In this document: one piece after another, positions 57,294 to 64,000 of the stretch | Position numbering within the stretch: position 1 is the first letter of the stretch | Layout of the letters: each line of letters begins with the position of its first letter | Assembly (NCBI GenBank): GCA_041662665.1 | Contig: JBAZSC010000001.1 | Span: 449,511-513,510 of the forward strand | Origin: Patescibacteria group bacterium | Lineage (GTDB): Bacteria; Patescibacteriota; JABMPQ01; JAQVVF01 | Direction: 5' to 3' | DNA length: 64,000 nt | Notes under the pieces: model-generated | What the model was told of the DNA's origin: nothing | Database searches by the model: none | What the model saw: the letters and a program-made list of their open reading frames with translations, nothing else | Translations under genes and position numbers: made by a program

Positions 57294-57698
57294 ATGGCAG
57301 AGCCAGAAAAATCAAAGTTGATGCACGAATTGATTTGCAAGGAAATGCTAAAAATCGTTGAATTGGCTTTTGGAAAGATTGAAGGTGTTGTTTCCGCAAA
57401 TTCTGCAAAGAATATTTGTTTGGATGTTGTGAGAAGGCTTTGTTGTATTCTTGAAGAAGTTGAAATGAAACCAGAGCACATCAAAGAGACAATAAAATCT
57501 CTTGGCCGGACGCAAGGTTTCATCAGATTGCTTGAAGGTGCAACTTTTGAAATTTCGACAGATGATTCAGACCGGCTTGACAGAATTCTTGAAAGTTGTA
57601 TTTCGCGCCTTCATATCAAGCTAAATCCGCCTGAGCAACCAGGTCCAAGCTTTGTTGGGAGTTGTGAAAGAAAACCTGATCCAGGTGCATTGCGATAA
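57294..57698 (+). CDS. Small-protein family member D, 134 aa
   Basis: MAEPEKSKLMHELICK...VRRLCCILEEVEMKPEHIKETI...LESCISRLHIKLNPPEQ. ATG after GAGGAGG (residue 7 of the track ORF). Confidence 0.6.
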   Translation: MAEPEKSKLMHELICKEMLKIVELAFGKIEGVVSANSAKNICLDVVRRLCCILEEVEMKPEHIKETIKSLGRTQGFIRLLEGATFEISTDDSDRLDRILESCISRLHIKLNPPEQPGPSFVGSCERKPDPGALR

Positions 57699-57708
57699 AC
57701 AGAACCTT

Positions 57709-57732
57709 TAGTGAGTAATCCTCACTTTTTTA
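57709..57732 (+). terminator. Conserved cassette terminator (copy 3)
   Basis: uagugaguaauccucacuuuuuuu. Confidence 0.7.
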
Positions 57733-57861
57733 TTTGTCCAAAAAAATAAAATCATGCTATAATAAATTCAACAAAAAATTAGTGTATTCGCAGTATTCGC
57801 ATATTCGTATCATTTGCATTATTTGTATATTCGTATTATATATTTAAAAATAAAAAACAAT

Positions 57862-58401
57862 ATGAAAACAGGTACATTGTCTAGTTATTCGTGGGCGATG
57901 ATTCTTAGAGGTGTCATTGCAATTTTATTCGGCGTTCTAGCATTATTTTGGCCAGATTTGACATTAGAATTGTTAGTCTTTTTATTTGCATTCTATGCTT
58001 TGTTTGATGGCATTATCGCAATTATCGCTTCAATCAGTTCAATCAAGCATCACAAAAATTGGTGGGCATTTATGTTAGAAGGTTTGCTTGGCATTGCCGC
58101 TGGAATTTTCGCTCTAATTTTACCGGAAGTTACATTATTTATTTTGCTTTATGTCATTGCTGCATGGGCAGTAATAACAGGATTAATGGAAATAATAGCT
58201 GTCTTTTCTGTTGGTTGGGACGAGCCAACAAAATTATTAATCGGTTTAGCAGGTTTAGCTTCAATTATTTTGGGAGTAATTATGTTCTTATATCCATCCG
58301 GAAGTTTATTAGTTTTGTCATGGCTATTAGGAATTTATGCTTTAATATTTGGAATATTATTAATGATGTTCGGTGTCCAAATAAAGAAAATTGATAAATA
58401 A
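57862..58401 (+). CDS. hdeD: HdeD-family (DUF308) membrane protein
   Basis: ILRGVIAILFGVLALFWP... Six TM helices with the repeated GxxxG pattern. First ATG is residue 17 of the track ORF. Confidence 0.65.
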   Translation: MKTGTLSSYSWAMILRGVIAILFGVLALFWPDLTLELLVFLFAFYALFDGIIAIIASISSIKHHKNWWAFMLEGLLGIAAGIFALILPEVTLFILLYVIAAWAVITGLMEIIAVFSVGWDEPTKLLIGLAGLASIILGVIMFLYPSGSLLVLSWLLGIYALIFGILLMMFGVQIKKIDK

Positions 58402-58484
58402 TTTTAAAGTATTTGTATTATTCCGCATGTAATCCGTCGAATCCGCGTACGCGGATATAACGGATTAAATGCGGATAAAAATTT

Positions 58485-59162
58485 ATGCAGGAGCATATTA
58501 AACCTCACAAACTTAAAGATGTTTTGAAGGAAAGTGATCTGTGGATAAAAAATGTAAAAAATACTGAACGCATAATGGATTTTTGCAGTGCGATTTTTGC
58601 TTTTTCCGTTACCTTACTAATAATTCAAATTGCTGTTCCGATAGATTGGACTGAAAAATCACTTTATGATGAATTTCAAATTTTATGGCCAGAGGTCTTA
58701 GGTTATCTTATTTGTTTTTATGTTATTGTAAAATTTTGGATGAGCAATCTGCATATGTTTAGTTACATCAAGATTTTAAATAGAAATTTCTTGATTTTAA
58801 TCTGTGTTATGCTTCTAACAATTACTTTTTTGCCATTTCCATCAGATCTTTTTAGTACTCATTTTAATAAAATTACAACAACTATGATTTTCGGTTTGAG
58901 CATTGCTCTTGTTGCTTTTATGACTTTTCTAGTCTGGCTTTATTTATACTTTCACAAAGAATTGCATTTCGAAAATATCGATAAAAAAGTAATTTTATAC
59001 AATTCATTTTTAGCTTTCAACATTGCATTATCATTCGGATTAGCTGTTGCTTGTATGATGTTAACAAATAACATTAATCTGATGTGGATATTCTATTTAA
59101 TCTTTATCATTTTATTCAATTTCATCACTCGCAAAATCGCAAAAAATTACGCAATCAAATAA
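58485..59162 (+). CDS. TMEM175-like (DUF1211) putative K+ channel
   Basis: RIMDFCSAIFAFSVTLLI (RxxxFSD-like motif in TM1). Six TM helices. 225 aa. Confidence 0.6.
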   Translation: MQEHIKPHKLKDVLKESDLWIKNVKNTERIMDFCSAIFAFSVTLLIIQIAVPIDWTEKSLYDEFQILWPEVLGYLICFYVIVKFWMSNLHMFSYIKILNRNFLILICVMLLTITFLPFPSDLFSTHFNKITTTMIFGLSIALVAFMTFLVWLYLYFHKELHFENIDKKVILYNSFLAFNIALSFGLAVACMMLTNNINLMWIFYLIFIILFNFITRKIAKNYAIK

Positions 59163-59178
59163 TAAATCATAAATCAAA

Positions 59179-60567
59179 ATGAAAAAAATTATTGTAAGCG
59201 CATTAGCACTTATCGGTTTGTGTTTTAGTCTTAGTCAAGTATTAGCTTATGACACATCATCTCCAGAATTAAAAATCTATAATGCTAATACATTACGATT
59301 AAACAAAGGTTTTTTTGCTTACGACAAAAACTTTAAGGGCGGTGCAAGTGTTGCTTTTGCAAAATTAGATGACAGCAATAATAATTTTATAATCACTGGT
59401 GCTGGTTATGGTGGCGGACCTCAAGTTAAAATTTTTGATAAATTTGGAAACGAAAAATATTCATTCATGGCTTTTTCATCAAACTTCAAAGGTGGAGTTA
59501 ATGTTTCTGCTGGAGATGTTAATAAAGATGGCTATGACGAAATAATTTGTTCTCAAGCAAGTTCTGGCCAAGCTTGGATAAAAGTTTATGACAAAACAGG
59601 TAAAAAAGTTATTTCAAATTTTTTAGCATTTTCATCAGGCTTTAAAGGCGGAGCAAATGTTGCCTCAGGCGATATTAATGGCGATAAAAAAGATGAAATA
59701 ATTGTTGGCGCAGGCTATGGAGGCGGTCCACAAGTTCGAGTTTTCAATAAAAAAGGCAATCCAATATTTTCTTCTTATCCTTTCGCATTTGATTACAAAG
59801 GCGGAGTAAATGTTGCGTCTGGAGACGTTGATAATGATTTAAAAGATGAAATTATTGCAAGCCAAGCATCAGAAGGTCAAGCTTGGGTAAAAGTTTTCAA
59901 AGCTAATAAAGATGTCACTGTTCTTGGAAATTTTTTAGCCTATGATAGCAAATTTAAAGGCGGTGCAACTGTTTCAGCAATTGATGTTAATAATGATAAA
60001 AAAGCAGAAGTCATAACAGGTGCTGGATTTGGTGGCGGTCCTCAAGTCAAAGTTTTTACAGCTTCAGGCAATTCTTTAGGCAAAGATTTTTTTGCCTTTG
60101 ACCAAAATTATAAAGGCGGAATTAATGTTGCTTCTGGCAAATTAACTAATACAGGAAAAAACAAAATTTTAGCATCAGTTGCAAGCTACAAAGGAGAAAG
60201 AGGAAATTATCCATATCAAAAATACATTGAAGTTGATATTAGCGAACAATGGTTGAAATATTTTCAAGATGGCAGAAAAATAGGTTATTCTCTAGCATCA
60301 ACAGGTAATTATGGCACAGACACTCCATTGGGCACATTTTTCATTTTTTCCAAAAGGCTTTCAGTTCGAATGTCAGGGCCTGGTTATGATCTTCCAGGAG
60401 TTCCTTATGTATTATCATTCTTAGGTCCATATACAATTCATGGCACTTATTGGCATAGCAATTTTGGACACAGAATGAGCCATGGCTGTGTTAATCTGCC
60501 AACACCTTTTGCAGCACAAGTTTATAATTGGGCAGATATTGGTACTCCAGTTGTGATACATTCGTAA
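59179..60567 (+). CDS. Secreted FG-GAP-like repeat protein with a C-terminal L,D-transpeptidase (YkuD) catalytic domain
   Basis: Signal peptide. Four GAGYGGGPQVK.F / SQAS.GQAW.KV repeat pairs. C-terminal YkuD domain with catalytic HGTYWHSNFGHRMSHGCVNL. Confidence 0.75.
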   Translation: MKKIIVSALALIGLCFSLSQVLAYDTSSPELKIYNANTLRLNKGFFAYDKNFKGGASVAFAKLDDSNNNFIITGAGYGGGPQVKIFDKFGNEKYSFMAFSSNFKGGVNVSAGDVNKDGYDEIICSQASSGQAWIKVYDKTGKKVISNFLAFSSGFKGGANVASGDINGDKKDEIIVGAGYGGGPQVRVFNKKGNPIFSSYPFAFDYKGGVNVASGDVDNDLKDEIIASQASEGQAWVKVFKANKDVTVLGNFLAYDSKFKGGATVSAIDVNNDKKAEVITGAGFGGGPQVKVFTASGNSLGKDFFAFDQNYKGGINVASGKLTNTGKNKILASVASYKGERGNYPYQKYIEVDISEQWLKYFQDGRKIGYSLASTGNYGTDTPLGTFFIFSKRLSVRMSGPGYDLPGVPYVLSFLGPYTIHGTYWHSNFGHRMSHGCVNLPTPFAAQVYNWADIGTPVVIHS

Positions 60568-60794
60568 AAATATAAAAAACTAAAAATAAACTTTTTTAAT
60601 AACATTTTTTATATTTTTAAGTTTTTAGTTTTTATCAGCAGTCATTCGTATGTGCCCTTTCGCTAAGGCTATTCGCATACTGTGTATAACTCAATTTACT
60701 TTTTACCCTATTTTTGCTAAGCTTTTATAAGAACGAAGAGAGACAAATTTATTAATAATTTAATTTTCCCACAACTGGGAAACAGGAGAAAACA

Positions 60795-60938
60795 ATGGAA
60801 GCATATTGTGTAAAATGTAAAGCTAAACAAGAAATGTCAGACGCAAAAGAAATCAAGATGAAAAATGGCAGACCAGCAACAACTGGTAAATGCCCAAAAT
60901 GCGGAACAAAGATGTTCAGAATCGGAAAGGCAAAATAA
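60795..60938 (+). CDS. Small (47 aa) zinc-ribbon protein, CxxC...CxxCGTKMFRI
   Basis: MEAYCVKCKAKQEMSDAKEIKMKNGRPATTGKCPKCGTKMFRIGKAK. Not in the ORF track (<60 aa). 5'-UTR hairpin uucccacaacugggaa, RBS AGGAG. Terminator agagcgcaaagcucuuuuuu at ~60963-60986. Confidence 0.55.
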   Translation: MEAYCVKCKAKQEMSDAKEIKMKNGRPATTGKCPKCGTKMFRIGKAK

Positions 60939-60999
60939 TTTTTTAGAAAACTAAAAATATCAAAAAGAGCGCAAAGCTCTTTTTTGATTTGTAAAATTT

Positions 61000-61074
61000 G
61001 TTTCTGCGTATTTCGCGATTAATAATTTTGCAATCCAAAATTATTAATTCTGCGTTATTCTGCGAAAATATGAT
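61000..61074. repeat. Palindromic intergenic element, copy 2 (gcgATTAATAATTTTGcaatcCAAAATTATTAATtctgcg)
   Basis: Matches 44165-44220 over ~45 nt. Flanked by TTCTGCG words. Confidence 0.5.
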
Positions 61075-61259
61075 TTCGGATTTAACGGAAAATGATTCAA
61101 AAAATATTAAAATATTGTAATCCATAATTTGAGCTGTTATAATCAAATTAAGTCAACCTGCATGCCTTAATTTACATTTGAAATTTATTTCTGGATTCAT
61201 CTATTTTTCTGGATCTAATTTTTCAAATAGTATGCATTCCGGTTGACAGGTGAAACATT

Positions 61260-62015
61260 ATGATTAAGAAATTAGCTTATAGCATTATATTTCTGGGTTT
61301 ATTGGAATCAATTATTTATTTTCAAAAATCAAATATTATTCTCATTATTGCTTGTGTTCTATTATTTCTACTTTCAATTGTCTCATCTGTTCGTCTTAAA
61401 GCATTACAAAAAATTGGTTTTTGGGGACAAGTAAATATTTCGATTTTGCCTTTATCTTATATTTTGAGTACTTCTGTCTTTCTGTTTTTCATTCCGGAAT
61501 TATTCAATCTCCAGCAGATTTATATTGCGCTCGTTGTTATTATATTTTATGGCGCTTTAAAACTTGTTGATAATGTTTGTAAAGATATTAACAGTCGTAA
61601 ATCATTTAAAACCTGTGATTTTCTGATTACAATTTCAGCTTTTCTATTTTATTCTAGTATTTTTGGAATGTATCTTTTTTTAAAATGGCCATCATGGATT
61701 TTTCTCATCCTCTTGGCTTTAGTCACTTTTATTTTAACTTACGAATTTTTTTGGCATAATATGCTCCTCAAAAAGCATATTGTTTATTCGTTGATTTTGA
61801 CCTTAATAATATCAGAAATTAGTTGGGCACTGACACTTTGGCCAACAGGCTTTTTGCCAAGATCAATGGTGATTTTTGCAGTTTTTTATGCTTTTACCAC
61901 TCTATCTAAACATAATTTTAATAAGACTTTAAACAAGAAAACTGTTATCAGCATAATCATAATTTCTATAATAATGCTATGTTTGGCTTTGCTAACGACA
62001 CAATGGGAATTCTAA
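61260..62015 (+). CDS. Hypothetical polytopic membrane protein
   Basis: 251 aa with 7-8 TM helices. Confidence 0.45.
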   Translation: MIKKLAYSIIFLGLLESIIYFQKSNIILIIACVLLFLLSIVSSVRLKALQKIGFWGQVNISILPLSYILSTSVFLFFIPELFNLQQIYIALVVIIFYGALKLVDNVCKDINSRKSFKTCDFLITISAFLFYSSIFGMYLFLKWPSWIFLILLALVTFILTYEFFWHNMLLKKHIVYSLILTLIISEISWALTLWPTGFLPRSMVIFAVFYAFTTLSKHNFNKTLNKKTVISIIIISIIMLCLALLTTQWEF

Positions 62016-62139
62016 CGTGAATTGCTCCATTGCTCCATTGTTAAATTGTTAACTGTTTTTGAAGATTAACAATTTAGCAATTTAACAATTAAACAATTTA
62101 GCTTAATTAAAGCAAAAGACGCTGTATTACCAAAAAGTC

Positions 62140-62168
62140 TTGACAAATAAACCGCGTTATGTTATATT
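62140..62168 (+). promoter_or_regulatory. Consensus sigma70-like promoter TTGACA-N17-TATATT upstream of the Wzz-like gene
   Basis: The track ORF's TTG 'start' at 62140 is the -35 hexamer. The first ATG (62176) follows the -10 by 9 nt. Confidence 0.5.
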
Positions 62169-62175
62169 TAGACGT

Positions 62176-62961
62176 ATGAAAAATTTACTTAATCTAAAAA
62201 AATATTGGTTAATTCTTATTGCCTTCACTCTAATCTTTAGTGTGATAGGTTTTGTTGCTTCTGTTGTCCAAACTCAAAAATATGAGTCAACAGTCCAACT
62301 TTTAGTTATTCAGAAATATGGTGATCAGTTTGATGCTTTTACAGCCAAAAGATCAGCAGAAACAGTTGCTGAAACATTATCAAGCGTTGTTTATACAAGC
62401 TCATTCATGAATCAAACTTTAAATGCGCCTCTTGGCATAACTGATAATTTTCCAAAAGATTTAAAGGAAAGAAAACAAGCTTGGAAAAAAGAAATCAATG
62501 CTAGATTATTAGAAGGCGGTAATTTCCAAATTATCGTTCGTGATAAAGATAGAGATCAAGCTGAAAAAATAGCTTATGGCGTTGCCTATATATTTGTTAC
62601 AAATGGTAGCGAATATCATGGTGGTGGTCAGCAAGTTGATATTAAAATGGTTGAAAAACCAATTACTTCAGTCAAACCTGTTAGCCCAAACATCTATTTA
62701 AATACAATCTTAGGCTTTGTTGCTGGTTTATTCACAGCAATTGGAATTATATTCTTGCTTCCTGAAAAAAAGGAAGTAAAGAAGACTAAAATAATTAAAA
62801 AAGCAGAGCCAAAATTTCCATTCAAAAAAGCTACTTCAACTGTTCCAGAGAATTTACCAATAGCTAAAACTTTCGAAAAATCAGAAGATAAAAAAGGTTA
62901 TACTGGCGAGGAATACTCTGAAAATAAGGTTGATGAATGGGTGAAATCAGGAAGAAAATAA
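62176..62961 (+). CDS. Wzz/polysaccharide co-polymerase-like chain-length determinant, two TM helices
   Basis: N-terminal TM (YWLILIAFTLIFSVIGFVASVV). Periplasmic domain. C-terminal TM (ILGFVAGLFTAIGIIFLLP) plus a basic tail. Confidence 0.55.
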   Translation: MKNLLNLKKYWLILIAFTLIFSVIGFVASVVQTQKYESTVQLLVIQKYGDQFDAFTAKRSAETVAETLSSVVYTSSFMNQTLNAPLGITDNFPKDLKERKQAWKKEINARLLEGGNFQIIVRDKDRDQAEKIAYGVAYIFVTNGSEYHGGGQQVDIKMVEKPITSVKPVSPNIYLNTILGFVAGLFTAIGIIFLLPEKKEVKKTKIIKKAEPKFPFKKATSTVPENLPIAKTFEKSEDKKGYTGEEYSENKVDEWVKSGRK

Positions 62962-63071
62962 TTTAATAATTTCAATATAAAAACGAGTTTCAAAAAGAGA
63001 CTCGTTTTTTGTTTGTAAAAAAATATTAGAAATTAGAAATTAGAAATTTTTACGAGTAAATTATCCAATAT

Positions 63072-64000
63072 CTAATTTCCAATTTCTAATATTTTAGCTA
63101 ATTTCTTCACCAACTCGTTCCAATCAAAATCCTTCTTTACGCGTTCATACCCATAATTTCCTAGATCATTAGCTAATTTCTCATCACGTAAAATTTTAAT
63201 TAAACTATCAGTAATTTCCTTAATATTCTCTGGATTTACTAATATGCCAGTTTGACCATCTAAAACAGCTTCAGCAACACCACCGGAATTTCCGGCAATT
63301 ACCGGCTTTTTACAGGCATTTGCTTCAAGATAAACAAGACCAAATCCTTCAATATCTTTTTTATTTTCCATCTCTTTTGAAGGCATAATAAAGACATCGC
63401 AAAGATTATAATAAAAATTCAAATCTTTATCAGTGATTTTAGTATAGATTTTGACCTTGTCATCTAGCCTTAAATTTCTGATTAATAATCTTAATTTTTC
63501 AAGAGTTGGTCCATTGCCAATAATGTAATATTTTGCATTTGGAACGCGTTTCAAAACATTTGGCATTGCTTTGATCACTAATTCATGATTTTTGCGTGGC
63601 ACCAATCTTCCGCAAGTTAAGATAATCTTTTGATTCTCTAGTTCAAATCTTTGTTTAATTTTAAGGGAATCTAAAGGATGAAAAAGCTCGGTATTTACGC
63701 CAGGTGGAATTTTAATAAACTTTTCAGATAACATGTTTTCAGTTTCTGAATTAGTTGTTTTATCATCGCTTTTCAAAAAGCCAAATTTAGAAGCAATATA
63801 ATCACGCATAAAATCAGTTGTCACAACAATATTCTGCGCATCGTCCAAAACCCTTTTCATCATCTTTTTGTGAAATCCAGACTTGCTATCAATCTCTTTG
63901 ATTTCTGTTCCATGAGTATAAACAATGTAGGGGATATGTAATATTTTTTTAGCCAAATAAGCAGTCATGCCCATTGGATGAATATGACCGCAGTGGATAA
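63072..64000 (-). CDS. GT4-family (GT-B) glycosyltransferase. The N-terminus lies beyond the window end.
   Basis: EGFGLVYLEANACKKPVIAGNSGGVAEAV (E-x7-E motif). The reading frame stays open to position 64000. Confidence 0.75.
   Translation of the reverse strand, partial: IHCGHIHPMGMTAYLAKKILHIPYIVYTHGTEIKEIDSKSGFHKKMMKRVLDDAQNIVVTTDFMRDYIASKFGFLKSDDKTTNSETENMLSEKFIKIPPGVNTELFHPLDSLKIKQRFELENQKIILTCGRLVPRKNHELVIKAMPNVLKRVPNAKYYIIGNGPTLEKLRLLIRNLRLDDKVKIYTKITDKDLNFYYNLCDVFIMPSKEMENKKDIEGFGLVYLEANACKKPVIAGNSGGVAEAVLDGQTGILVNPENIKEITDSLIKILRDEKLANDLGNYGYERVKKDFDWNELVKKLAKILEIGN

Noticed and set aside
58059-58394. ORF 58059..58394(+) inside hdeD in another frame
   Set aside because: Alternate-frame translation of a hydrophobic gene. 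The in-frame HdeD/DUF308 call is well supported.
1-64000. CRISPR arrays, transposases/IS elements, integrases and prophage genes
   Set aside because: I looked for regular repeat-spacer periodicity and for DDE/tyrosine-recombinase motifs and found none. The repeat families present are irregular word arrays and palindromes, not CRISPR.

Overview
This 64 kb window is AT-rich (~30–35% GC), gene-dense, and mostly on the + strand. Short proteins, weak Shine-Dalgarno sites, many TTG starts in the ORF track and a ProRS without an editing domain suggest a reduced-genome bacterium, possibly CPR/Parcubacteria-like. That taxonomic call is inference only.

The housekeeping backbone includes:
- frr (3' end), rseP, proS, and a mreB-mreC-mreD-mrdA rod-shape cluster.
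- folD, greA, lysS (with an unusual C-terminal HD domain), a RibL-like nucleotidyltransferase, cutA, serS, alr, murI and a WecA/MraY-family transferase.
- rplU, recR, ybaB and dnaB interrupted by a ~496-aa intein with a LAGLIDADG homing endonuclease.
- cysS, a LOG-family enzyme, dnaX, tRNA-Gln(UUG), a Nudix hydrolase, an FKBP, typA, an L,D-transpeptidase, a TMEM175-like channel, HdeD, a Wzz-like protein and a GT4 glycosyltransferase.

The most striking non-housekeeping feature is a head-to-tail array of nine paralogous genes at 11292–18657, between lysS and the RibL-like gene. Each encodes a conserved acidic ~75-aa N-terminal domain followed by a variable number of 24-residue LRR-like repeats. 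The paralogs share a conserved stop/start junction sequence and show mosaic, near-identical 5' segments that suggest gene conversion. Two pseudogene remnants of the downstream RibL-like gene's 5' end are embedded in the array. I regard this as a candidate variable surface/effector-like multigene family.

A second candidate system lies at 52.5–57.7 kb. A 2.5 kb gene for a tandem double ATP-grasp ligase is flanked by four paralogous small genes (105–134 aa). Each is a GC-elevated cassette with its own promoter, a 5'-UTR hairpin, a strong AGGAGG and a nearly identical terminator. GC-elevated small-gene cassettes with the same architecture sit at 31.0–32.2 kb as a pair sharing a duplicated ~95 bp promoter/5'-UTR. 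The 25.5–26.4 kb receiver-domain pair is also GC-elevated, with a σ70-like promoter and a G-rich RBS, but has G-tracts rather than a hairpin in its 5'-UTR.

Several intergenic repeat and hairpin families are also noted. No CRISPR array, transposase or prophage was recognised.
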